32,000 nt of DNA from Pirellula staleyi DSM 6068 (GCA_000025185.1 CP001848.1:180001-212000), one strand, 5' to 3'; numbered from the stretch's first letter, positions 8,451 through 16,934 are shown. Translations and numbers: made by a program. The notes: generated by a model from the sequence alone, not told the origin.

Positions 8451-8918
8451 ATGGCCATCGCGATTGAACGACTCATCGAGCGTCCCGAGTGCCTTCCGCT
8501 CTTGGCCGACTGGCTGCTGGCCGAGTGGCCCGAGTCGGTCGGTCATGCGCGCTCCGAAGCGCTCATCAACATGGCGGGGCGCACCAACCTTCACCGCTTG
8601 CCCCTCGGGCTCGTGGCGTTCGACGATGGTTGGCCGGTCGGCATGGCGACCTTAGCCCTCGACCGAGCACCGCCGGAACTCGAGTTCAAAACGGCTTATC
8701 TCCCCTGCCTCACCACGCTGTATGTCGATCCACCGGCGCGCAGGCGCGGCATCGGCACGCTGCTGTGCGACGCCATCGCCGGCGAAGCAGCCCGACTCGG
8801 CCGGAGCGAAATTTTTCTCTACACCCTCGACGCCGCCGAGTTCTACCGCGCCCGAAACTGGCAGCAGCTGACCGATGCCACCCCCGTCTTCATGCGCCGC
8901 TCCCTTGCCACCTCGTAA
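8451..8918 (+). CDS. GNAT-family N-acetyltransferase
   Basis: ATG at 8451, 155 aa. 'LYVDPPARRRGIGTLLCDAIAGEAARLG' matches GNAT motif A (R/Q-x-x-G-x-G/A) in the acetyl-CoA binding region. Confidence 0.85.
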   Translation: MAIAIERLIERPECLPLLADWLLAEWPESVGHARSEALINMAGRTNLHRLPLGLVAFDDGWPVGMATLALDRAPPELEFKTAYLPCLTTLYVDPPARRRGIGTLLCDAIAGEAARLGRSEIFLYTLDAAEFYRARNWQQLTDATPVFMRRSLATS

Positions 8919-9146
8919 TAGACATCGATCGAGTGGAACAACTGGCATTTGCGCGCCACCAACTGCAAGCAGCTTGATCCCCCACGAAATCGGTAAAAAA
9001 GCCTTGTGTCGCGGTCGCCGCCCCCTAGAATCCAGCGATGTTGGTTCGAGCAGCGCTGGAGCGCCGAGTTGAAGCTCCAGCGAAAAAAATCGAGCGCTAT
9101 GAATCCGCGATTCGTCTTCGTGCGTCAGCGTCAGGAACATGTCTCT

Positions 9147-11768
9147 ATGTCCAACGACCTTGCAAGCAACTCCAACGCCGAAGCCGAGGCCTGGGTCAAG
9201 GAGGTGCGTCGCATCCTGAAGCGGATGGCGCTGCGGCTCGCCACGGAGGCCTCGCTCGAAGAGGCCGACCGCGCTGATGAAGCGAATCTGGCCGAAGGGA
9301 TTCGGCAATCAGAAACGCTGAAACAAGAACAAGACCAAGTTCGGTTTGCGACGAACCAAATCGCCATCCAAGAGCTGACAGCGGTCGCCAGTTTGCTCAC
9401 CCCCGTCACCCCGAAGTTTGCGCAGCTGATCGAAACCTATAGCGCCGCGAAGCTCGTGTTCGATAGCGCCGCTGCTGAAGCGGAAGCCAATGAAACCTAC
9501 GAGCCATTTTTTTCCGACCAAATCGCGTTTCAGAAAGAGGTTGAGACCCTCGTCGGACTGCAGCCCGAGCACGATCAGCTTGTTGCTGCCAAAACGGAGA
9601 TCGAGCAGTGGCAAACGACCGAGTCGTCGAAGGTCGACGATGTGGTGAAGCTGACCTCGCTTCCTTCCCTGCTGCTTGCAGCGCAAAGCAAACTCGCCAC
9701 GCTCTACGACACGCTGAAGCTCCAAATCGAGCAGAGCGAGTATCTCACCGCGAAAGGTTTGCTGGCCGATGTCGACGCGCACCTCAGCTTGTACGGCGAT
9801 GCCCAAGTAGCGCATGCGCAGGCCAAGGAATCGTGCGATACCGCCTGGTATCAAAACGTGGAGACGATACTCCAGCAAGCGCGCCAGGTGCCCACCGCAA
9901 CCGGACTCGCCACTGAATTCAGCGAACTCGAGAAAGCAGCGCAGGCCAGCTACGACGAGTACAACAAGCAGGAATATGCCGAAGCTCAAAAATTGCAGCA
10001 GGCGATCATTGATAAAGCGCAGCTCCTGATCGAGAAGAACAAACTGAAGGTCGCTTGCGATTTCGCCTGGATTCAAAACGTTCAGCCGACCTTCTCGGAA
10101 GCGCAGCAAGTTCCCAATGTCCCCGGGTTGAACAAAGAGATTGGCGAGTTCAACAGCGCGTGCACGGAGAGCAACAACAAGTATTATGCGGGCGAGTATG
10201 TCGAAGCGCAAAAATTGCATCAGACGATCGTCGATAAAGCGCAGCTCCTGATCGAGAAGAACAAGCTGAAGATCGCCTGCGATAACGCCTGGAATCAAAA
10301 TGTCCAGGCAATTTACTCGGAAGCGCAGCAAGTCCCGAACGTCTCCGGGATGCAAAAGGAGGGTGGCGAGTTTGTAAACGCATTTACCGCAAGCAACAAC
10401 AAGTATTTTGCGGGCGACTATGCCGAAGCACAAAAGCTGCAGCAGGCGATCATCGATAAAGCACAGCTCCTGATCGAGAAGAACAAGCTGAAGATCGCCT
10501 GCGATAACGCCTGGAACCAGAACGTCAGCGCTTCCTACCTGCAAGCGCGAAAAGTGGGTGTCGTCCCTGAACTGAAGACTGCGATCGAAGCCCTCGACCT
10601 CGCCATGAAAGCGAGCAACGACGAGTACAACAAGGGAGCGTATGCCGAGGCGCAAAAGTTCCACCCGGCGATCGTCGAAAAAGCCAAAGAGCTCATTCAA
10701 GCTGGCGCAACCACGATGCTTGTGGCGCGTCCCGAAATTGGCTCGACCCAAGAGTTACTGGCAACTTCGAAGCTCAACTTGATGTCGACCGACGATCAAC
10801 AACTCGTCACCGAATTGATCGACAAAGCGCCGACCGAAAAGCATAAGCAGAACCTTCGCAAAGCGGTTGCGAGCGGCCACTCGGCGAAAGAAATCTCCGA
10901 TTTCGCCGCGAAAATTCGCTTCAAAGATGAAAAGTGGATTCAGGAAAACTTGCACGTCACCGTCACCAGTTCAGGGAAAGGCATTCAGCAGCAATTCAAA
11001 ATGTCGTGCCAGGCAACCATGGTGCAGGCGGTTCGTGCGGAGCTCGATCCGATCTATGCCCTGCAGTTGCACGAAGAAAATTTCGATATCACCCAAGTGG
11101 GCAAAAGCGAGCAGACCGAGCTTGCACGTGAGCAAAAGAAGATGCTCGAAACCGACTGGGCCGAACTCAACACCACCTACGAGAGTCAAGCCAAACAGCG
11201 GATGGACAACGAAGACCCGACAACGAAACTAGCGCTCGAGCAACTTTTGGCCACCGCTACGACGAACAACGAGAAGAATCAGCTGAACTACGAAATCGGT
11301 CGCGCCGAGAAATTTTCTCCCGATGTCCTCAAGGCGTGGTTCGATAAAGATGTCAAGGGAAAGCGTTCCTCGGCGGGTGTCGCCGTGCATATAGGGAACC
11401 CAAGCCCCGAACATGGTCGCGGCCGAACAGGAGTCGATCTCCTCAACAAGAACCAAGCCAGCACCGGGCTGAAGTACGAGCAAGTCCTGGTCAATGACAG
11501 CACGCGCGAAGCAGCAGTCAACGACATCACCGCCGAGCTCATGCTCGGACGTCCGGTCCCACTCACGGTCGGTAGCTTCGAAGGACAGACGGCCCACTAT
11601 GTCCTGGCCCTCGGCATTGTGCCGGGCAATCCCAAGTCGATCATCATTCACGATCCCGGTACTGGCACCACCGTGATGCGGACCGAAGATCAGCTGAAGA
11701 ACAATCAAATGGATCTCCCCTCGACCTGGGGCCGCCTCACCGACTACGTCAAACCGACGCCGATTTAA
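9147..11768 (+). CDS. Large helical-repeat protein with four 74-aa tandem repeats and a C-terminal papain/C39-like cysteine peptidase domain
   Basis: ORF is open from GTG 9006. Candidate starts are ATG 9099 (MNPRF...) and ATG 9147 (MSNDLASN...), so the start is uncertain. C-terminal 'QQQFKMSCQATMV' (Cys codon 11007-11009), 'TAHYVLALG' (His codon 11595-11597) and 'IIIHDPGTG' (Asp codon 11652-11654) resemble the Q..C / HYV / I.DP pattern of C39-type peptidases. Confidence 0.8.
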   Translation: MSNDLASNSNAEAEAWVKEVRRILKRMALRLATEASLEEADRADEANLAEGIRQSETLKQEQDQVRFATNQIAIQELTAVASLLTPVTPKFAQLIETYSAAKLVFDSAAAEAEANETYEPFFSDQIAFQKEVETLVGLQPEHDQLVAAKTEIEQWQTTESSKVDDVVKLTSLPSLLLAAQSKLATLYDTLKLQIEQSEYLTAKGLLADVDAHLSLYGDAQVAHAQAKESCDTAWYQNVETILQQARQVPTATGLATEFSELEKAAQASYDEYNKQEYAEAQKLQQAIIDKAQLLIEKNKLKVACDFAWIQNVQPTFSEAQQVPNVPGLNKEIGEFNSACTESNNKYYAGEYVEAQKLHQTIVDKAQLLIEKNKLKIACDNAWNQNVQAIYSEAQQVPNVSGMQKEGGEFVNAFTASNNKYFAGDYAEAQKLQQAIIDKAQLLIEKNKLKIACDNAWNQNVSASYLQARKVGVVPELKTAIEALDLAMKASNDEYNKGAYAEAQKFHPAIVEKAKELIQAGATTMLVARPEIGSTQELLATSKLNLMSTDDQQLVTELIDKAPTEKHKQNLRKAVASGHSAKEISDFAAKIRFKDEKWIQENLHVTVTSSGKGIQQQFKMSCQATMVQAVRAELDPIYALQLHEENFDITQVGKSEQTELAREQKKMLETDWAELNTTYESQAKQRMDNEDPTTKLALEQLLATATTNNEKNQLNYEIGRAEKFSPDVLKAWFDKDVKGKRSSAGVAVHIGNPSPEHGRGRTGVDLLNKNQASTGLKYEQVLVNDSTREAAVNDITAELMLGRPVPLTVGSFEGQTAHYVLALGIVPGNPKSIIIHDPGTGTTVMRTEDQLKNNQMDLPSTWGRLTDYVKPTPI
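9834..10721 (+). repeat. Four in-frame tandem repeats of 222 bp (74 aa) inside the 9147-11768 CDS
   Basis: Cys codons of the 'ACD.AW.QNV' block recur at 9834, 10056, 10278 and 10500, exactly 222 bp apart. The block 'gataaagc(g/a)cagctcctgatcgagaagaacaa(a/g)ctgaag' recurs at 10011, 10233 and 10455. The two middle copies are nearly identical at DNA level. Confidence 0.9.
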
Positions 11769-11867
11769 GTACTCTCTCGGATGCACCACGCGAGTGGCAG
11801 CACCACTCCTTGGCGCGACACGACATCACCACAGCCCATCAGGGCGAAAGCATAGTTGGGTAAACGC

Positions 11868-12362
11868 ATGGCGAACGATCTCAATCCCCATCAGCTCCTC
11901 GCGCGGCGACCGACGGAGTACCTCCGAGCAGGTTTCTTTGACCCGCCAGGAAGTCTGCGCGCGAGCTTGCTCGGGATCGATGCCTTTGCTGTCGCCACGC
12001 AGCTGATGCAGGGAGCCGCCTCGCCCGACGAAGTGACGATCACCTACGAGGCACTCCGCCAGCTGGTCGAGCAGCAGCCCGCCGGCGCAACTCCCCAGCG
12101 GCTCGGCGTTGCCCTCCCCGAAGCGCTGCAGCTGGTGCGGCGCATGCTCGGGATCGAGAACAACGATACCCTCGCCGCTTGGCTTTTCGATTGCCAGCCG
12201 TTTGTGCGAACCGACGACGATCTGCGCGCCTTTTTCGACCATTTTCAGGCTGTTTTACGGCAATACACGTCGCTCCTCGGCGTCAGCACTCCCCCCGCTG
12301 CTGACGCTGCTAACCCAAGCCCCGACGCACCAAGCCCCGACGCGCCGGGCGCCGAAGGCTAA
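11868..12362 (+). CDS. Hypothetical 164-aa protein with a Pro/Ala/Ser/Asp-rich tail (PSPDAPSPDAP)
   Basis: ATG at 11868 (the track ORF starts at TTG 11856), 99 nt after the protease-domain gene on the same strand. Coding-like composition. No recognisable family. Confidence 0.55.
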   Translation: MANDLNPHQLLARRPTEYLRAGFFDPPGSLRASLLGIDAFAVATQLMQGAASPDEVTITYEALRQLVEQQPAGATPQRLGVALPEALQLVRRMLGIENNDTLAAWLFDCQPFVRTDDDLRAFFDHFQAVLRQYTSLLGVSTPPAADAANPSPDAPSPDAPGAEG

Positions 12363-12529
12363 CAACCTCCCATCGCGCGCATGCTTCCCAGCTTCTCTTT
12401 ACGAGGCTGGCCCGTTTTGCTACCAGTCGCACCGGCGAGGTCCCGCTGCGCGCAAACACCGCGCGCTGCTGTCACTCGGTGCTCTGCGCGACGAACTGAG
12501 TTCAACGCTGAACATCAGTCAAATTTCAC

Positions 12530-12551
12530 CCCAGGTTGCTTGCAACCTGGG
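12530..12551 (+). terminator. GC hairpin, a possible terminator for the upstream island
   Basis: cccaggttgc-tt-gcaacctggg is a near-perfect palindrome in the 284-bp gap before glf. No U-tract follows. Confidence 0.3.
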
Positions 12552-12646
12552 CCGCGAAGCGGCAAGAGGGACTGTAGCGACTGACCGACCACGTTGGCTC
12601 CAGCACGAACTTACCACTGCATTTAGTTTCACCCTAGAAAAACGCC

Positions 12647-13792
12647 ATGAAGCCGTCACCGAAACAGCGACCCGACTACTTAGTCGTCGGCAGCGGCTTC
12701 TTCGGAGGAGTCTTCGCGCGCGTGATGGCCGAGCATGGTTTGCGCTCACTCGTAATCGATCGCCGCCCCCACTTGGCGGGCAATTGCTACACCCAATCGC
12801 AACATGGAATCGAGGTCCATCAGTACGGGCCTCACATTTTTCATACCAGCGACGAGCGCGTGTGGAAGTTCGTCAATCGCTTCGCCAAGTTTCATCACTA
12901 CATCCATCGCGTCGTCGCCCGCTATGGCGAAACGACCTATTCATTTCCCATCAACCTGAAAACACTCGAGCAGCTGTGGGGAGTCCGCACTCCTGAGGAA
13001 GCCGCCGCGCGACTCCAAGCCGAATGCATCCCTCACGCGCAGCCTCAGAACTGCGAAGAGTGGCTGCTGGCCAACGTCGGTCGGCAAATCTACGAGACCT
13101 TTTTCGAGGGCTATACCACCAAACAGTGGAACCGCTCTCCCGCCGAACTCCCCGCGTCGATTGTCCGCCGAATTCCGATCCGTCTGGCCGACAACGATCG
13201 CTATTTTGACGACCGCTTCGAAGGGATTCCGATTGGCGGCTACACGCGGCTGTTTGAAAACCTGCTCGATCACCCGCTGATCGAAATCGAGACCGGTGTC
13301 GATTATCTGGCGAGTCGCAAGGAGCTATCGAGCATTGCCCCGAGCCTGGTTTATAGCGGCGCGATCGATGAGTTTTTTGACTATCGCTTCGGAGCCCTCG
13401 ACTATCGTTCGCTCCGTTTTGTTTCGGAAGTTATTGACGGCGACTATCAAACGACGGCGATTGTGAACTACACCAGCGCCGCTGTCCCGTTCACACGAAT
13501 CACCGAGCATAAACACTTTGCCGGAACACAGTCGAGCAAGAGCGTCATCACGCGCGAATATCCCGACGACTATGCTCCTGGTAGGACCCCCTACTATCCG
13601 GTGCGCGATCCGCAGAATGTCGCGCGCTACGAGCAATATCGTCGGCTGTCGCTGCAGCTGCCGGTGATTTTTGGGGGGCGACTCGGGAGCTATCAGTATT
13701 TCGACATGCACCAGGTGATTGCCCAGGCGCTGAGCAAAGCGGAAGCGGAACTCGCGCTGCGCGGTCAGGTGCAACAGCGACGAGCCGCCTAA
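12647..13792 (+). CDS. glf: UDP-galactopyranose mutase
   Basis: 'DYLVVGSGFFGGVFA' Rossmann FAD motif, 'HLAGNCYT', 'VHQYGPHIFHT' and 'YPV..P.N' blocks; the 381-aa length is typical of Glf. Confidence 0.9.
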   Translation: MKPSPKQRPDYLVVGSGFFGGVFARVMAEHGLRSLVIDRRPHLAGNCYTQSQHGIEVHQYGPHIFHTSDERVWKFVNRFAKFHHYIHRVVARYGETTYSFPINLKTLEQLWGVRTPEEAAARLQAECIPHAQPQNCEEWLLANVGRQIYETFFEGYTTKQWNRSPAELPASIVRRIPIRLADNDRYFDDRFEGIPIGGYTRLFENLLDHPLIEIETGVDYLASRKELSSIAPSLVYSGAIDEFFDYRFGALDYRSLRFVSEVIDGDYQTTAIVNYTSAAVPFTRITEHKHFAGTQSSKSVITREYPDDYAPGRTPYYPVRDPQNVARYEQYRRLSLQLPVIFGGRLGSYQYFDMHQVIAQALSKAEAELALRGQVQQRRAA

Positions 13793-13856
13793 CCGTGCGC
13801 GCCTTCGGGGCAATAAACCAGCACCATCACCACGACGATAGAATCTCACCGACTCC

Positions 13857-14726
13857 ATGCCTCATCACTTGACAAACTCGAGCAGCGCGAGCCCCGCATC
13901 GACCGGTCGACGCTGGCTCGTGATTTCACCGGTCGGTGACCGCTCGTGTCACTCGAGCTGGATAACCGGTCGCCCCCAGCGGCAGTTCGACTTGATGCTG
14001 ATCTACTTTGGGGATCAGCCGCACTACGATTTTGGCGGGGCCGAACATCAGCTGCGGCGCAAGGGATTTAAATACCATTTGCTCGCCAGTGTGGTGGAAG
14101 AATATCGCGAACTTCTCGCGCAGTACGACACCATCTGGCTCCCCGACGACGACATCCGCACGACCCCGCGCGAGATCCACCAGCTCTTTGAAATCTTCGA
14201 GCGGCAGCTGCTGCTGGTGGCTCAGCCGGCAATTGCGTCGGGGGTGATTTCGTACCAAAGTTTGCGGCAACAGCGGCGCACGCTGCTGCGCTACTCGCCG
14301 CTGGTCGAAGTGATGTGCCCGATTTTTGCGCGCGACTATTTTTTGCAATCGAGCGCGCTCTTTCGCGAGAATCAATCGGCGTGGGGGATCGACTGGATCT
14401 GGTCGAATCGCTGTGCGGCCTCTCAGCGCGCGGTGATCGATGCGGTCGGCGTGCACCACACCGGTGTGCTGATGCAGGGAGACCTCTATCAAAAATTGAA
14501 AGCGCGAGGGATCAATCCGACCGAAGAGTTCCACGCTCTGGTCGAGCGCCATGGTGGCATCGACTGGTCGGTCCATCGTCAGCTGATCGAAGGGACCTTA
14601 CCGATGGAGCGCATCGCAGCGGCTGGTCCGCTACTTGCGCTCTGGCAGCGTCTGACGAATCAGCGCGTGACGAATCAGCGTCTCGCGCTGCCGCGCCCGC
14701 AAGCTACATCGCAAAGCGCAGCTTAA
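13857..14726 (+). CDS. DUF707-like protein (putative glycosyltransferase-like, function unknown)
   Basis: ATG at 13857. 'YDTIWLPDDDI....EIFERQLLLVAQPA' resembles the DUF707 core (xxD[ED]D followed by 'SQPAL'). Adjacent to glf. Confidence 0.55.
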   Translation: MPHHLTNSSSASPASTGRRWLVISPVGDRSCHSSWITGRPQRQFDLMLIYFGDQPHYDFGGAEHQLRRKGFKYHLLASVVEEYRELLAQYDTIWLPDDDIRTTPREIHQLFEIFERQLLLVAQPAIASGVISYQSLRQQRRTLLRYSPLVEVMCPIFARDYFLQSSALFRENQSAWGIDWIWSNRCAASQRAVIDAVGVHHTGVLMQGDLYQKLKARGINPTEEFHALVERHGGIDWSVHRQLIEGTLPMERIAAAGPLLALWQRLTNQRVTNQRLALPRPQATSQSAA

Positions 14727-14753
14727 ACACCCGCATCTCAGCTGCGGCCTGCC

Positions 14754-16022
14754 TTACCCGTCGAGCAACCGTTCGCCACGGATCAGATCGGCCGGGGTTT
14801 GACGTTCACGCACCAGATGCGCGGTGCCATTCTTGATCAGCACTTCCGCTGCGAGCGGTTTGCTGTTGTAGTTCGACGCCATCACAAAACCGTAAGCGCC
14901 AGCTCGTTCGAGAACGAGATACTCGCCGATCCGAGCCGACGGAAGGGAACGCTTGCAAACGTAGCCCCCTTCCTCCTGCGTGAAGATGTCGCCTGATTCA
15001 CACAGCGGACCACCCACCACCACATCGCGATCGGCGCGTTCGCCTGCATCGAGAGGGACAATCGACATCGGGTGATACGAGCCGTAGAGGATCGGCCGCG
15101 CGAGGTTATTAAAGCCCGCATCGAGCAGATAGAAGGTGTTGTTGCCCATCTGCTTGATCGCACGAATCTCAGAGACGAGATAGCCACTCTCGGCTACCAA
15201 GTAACGCCCCGGCTCGATCTCGAGCGAAATCTTGTGTCCCAGGGCTGCTTCGAGACGTTTGCGCGAAGCATCCCACAGTTCAAAATACTGATCGAGGTCG
15301 ACGTAGGTCTGCTTGTCGTTGTAAGGAATCGGCAAACCACCACCGGCGCTGATCGTGGTGATGCTGCGACCCACTTCCAGCACGACGCGTTCCATCGCCG
15401 AACAAACTTGCGACAGATGTTCGAGGTCGGTGCCACTGCCGATGTGCATGTGGATGCCGCTGATCATCAGCCCATGGCGGTCGGCCTTCTGCAGGCAGTC
15501 GGTCAGCTGCTCGTGCCAAATGCCATGCTTGCTCTGCTCGCCACCGGTGTTGGTCTTTTGGCTATGCCCATGTCCAAAGCCTGGATTGATACGAAGCGTG
15601 ACATGCGCGCCGGGCTTCACTGCGCCGAGTTGGTCGAGCATGTCGGGCGAACCGCAGTTCACCGGAATATCGAGTTTCACCACCGTGGCGAGCGCGTCGC
15701 GATCGAAAATATCGGCGGTGTACACAATCTCGTGATTCTTGCTTCCCGGCTTATAGCCAGCCGCCATCGCGCGGTGAATCTCGCCGGTGCTCACCGCATC
15801 GACCACCACACCTTTTTTGCGCATCAGATCGAGGATGGCGATGTTCGAACACGCTTTTTGGGCGTAGCGAATGACGTCGAACTTGGCCAGGTCGTCGATC
15901 CGCTCTTCGATGATCGCAGCGTCGTAAACGTAGGTCGGTGTGCCATAGTCGCGCGCGATGTCGGCGACACTCACACCGGCGATTTCGTGACGGATGGTAG
16001 AAAAAGTAGGTGTGGCGGGCAT
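14754..16022 (-). CDS. lysA: Diaminopimelate decarboxylase
   Basis: 422-aa PLP-dependent group IV decarboxylase. Blocks 'IRYAQKACSN', 'GSGHMHIGSG'-type 'HMHIGSG', 'GGGLPIPY', 'GPLCESGD' and 'AGAYGFVMASNYNS..' are present. Confidence 0.9.
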   Translation of the reverse strand: MPATPTFSTIRHEIAGVSVADIARDYGTPTYVYDAAIIEERIDDLAKFDVIRYAQKACSNIAILDLMRKKGVVVDAVSTGEIHRAMAAGYKPGSKNHEIVYTADIFDRDALATVVKLDIPVNCGSPDMLDQLGAVKPGAHVTLRINPGFGHGHSQKTNTGGEQSKHGIWHEQLTDCLQKADRHGLMISGIHMHIGSGTDLEHLSQVCSAMERVVLEVGRSITTISAGGGLPIPYNDKQTYVDLDQYFELWDASRKRLEAALGHKISLEIEPGRYLVAESGYLVSEIRAIKQMGNNTFYLLDAGFNNLARPILYGSYHPMSIVPLDAGERADRDVVVGGPLCESGDIFTQEEGGYVCKRSLPSARIGEYLVLERAGAYGFVMASNYNSKPLAAEVLIKNGTAHLVRERQTPADLIRGERLLDG

Positions 16023-16133
16023 AGCGGCGGGCGACCTATGGAGAAAGTAAAGGCGTGGCGTTATGGAAAGAAAACTTGTGTGACAAATTGGATGGTGGAT
16101 CGCGCTGCGTGCGGAACAATCGAAGGCAACTTG

Positions 16134-16907
16134 CTAGAACCCGAGCGACGCGGCACGTAGCCAGCGGAGTTGTTCAAAATACTGCTGCTGCTCGCGCTCG
16201 TCGAGCGGGGACGCGTGGTCGGCCTCGGCCAGCAGCAACTGCTGCTGCGGACCGGCGTAGGCATCGGTAATCAGCCGTTGATATTTGGGGGGGACGACCC
16301 GATCCTTCTGCGACAGGACAAACACAGCCGGCACCTTGGTTCGCGCAGCTTGCGCCACGCTGTCGAGTTCGGCCGGCACGTAGCGAGCCACCCCGAGATG
16401 CGCAAGCCCCAGTGAAACGAGCCCATACTGGCCATTAATGAGTGGTCGCAGCGGCGGCGGATTTCGCAAAATACAGCCGACAATTTGCCGGTAGCGGCTG
16501 GCGACATGCAGCGCCGTGGCGGTTCCTAAACTGTTGCCGGTGACGATGATCGGCGCGCCGCGAGCCTCGTCGATCAAAGCCTCGCACACCGCGCGAATGG
16601 CAGCGGCCAGCGATACGAGCGTCGCCCGTCCGCCACTCCCACCATAGCCGGGTGGATTCACCGCCCAGGTTTCCCCGGCCAGATCGCTCCAGGCATCGAG
16701 CGGATGGGGCCCGGCCCGTTCAGCGCGGCCACCAGTTCCACCGAGCTTCAGGACGTACAGCTGCGGCGCGCGATCGGTGTGAAATCGCTCGGTAAAGACC
16801 TCGACCGTAGCCCCCTCGAACGGAACCTCGCGACGGATCTTCGCCCCAAAGTCGATTTTGTCCCGACTCGGACAAAGCACCAAACGATCAGCCAGCCACT
16901 GAGGCAA
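16134..16907 (-). CDS. Alpha/beta-fold hydrolase
   Basis: 'IIVTGNSLGTATAL' is a GxSxG nucleophile elbow. There are a late Asp and a late His ('EADHASP'). The apparent start is TTG at 16907, so the start is uncertain. Confidence 0.7.
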   Translation of the reverse strand: MPQWLADRLVLCPSRDKIDFGAKIRREVPFEGATVEVFTERFHTDRAPQLYVLKLGGTGGRAERAGPHPLDAWSDLAGETWAVNPPGYGGSGGRATLVSLAAAIRAVCEALIDEARGAPIIVTGNSLGTATALHVASRYRQIVGCILRNPPPLRPLINGQYGLVSLGLAHLGVARYVPAELDSVAQAARTKVPAVFVLSQKDRVVPPKYQRLITDAYAGPQQQLLLAEADHASPLDEREQQQYFEQLRWLRAASLGF

Positions 16908-16934
16908 ATCGAAAACTCCGAACTGATTTCATCT

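Noticed and set aside
8451-8918. GNAT as a TacT/AtaT-type toxin of a toxin-antitoxin pair
   Set aside because: There is no small RHH/antitoxin ORF immediately upstream; the 112-bp gap is occupied by terminator hairpins. Nothing distinguishes it from an ordinary GNAT.
9834-10721. Possible CRISPR array or mobile repeat
   Set aside because: The repeats are 222 bp, contiguous, in frame and without unique spacers, so they are protein-coding tandem repeats. Likewise the 20339-20600 hairpins are heterogeneous and lack the regular repeat-spacer periodicity of CRISPR.
9309-10751. 480-aa minus-strand ORF across the tandem-repeat region
   Set aside because: It is a mirror image of the plus-strand repeat protein. 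Its repeats simply reflect the 222-bp DNA repeats, and the plus strand carries the protease motifs and better coding statistics.
11868-12362. Fleeting resemblance of the small ORF to CRISPR type III small subunits (Csm2/Cmr5-like helical proteins)
   Set aside because: It shares only general helical character. There are no cas genes or arrays in the window and no convincing motif match.
12109-12996. 295-aa plus-strand ORF spanning the 11868-12362 gene, the intergenic gap and the start of glf
   Set aside because: It is out of frame with two better-supported genes and crosses an intergenic hairpin. Its composition is Arg/Ser/Pro-rich and noise-like.
14727-14753. Short palindrome (ccgca...tgcgg) between the convergent DUF707-like and lysA genes
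   Set aside because: The stem is only 5 bp with a 7-nt loop and no U-tract, which is too weak to call a terminator.
15072-16160. 362-aa plus-strand ORF
   Set aside because: It is antisense to lysA, which has unambiguous family motifs.
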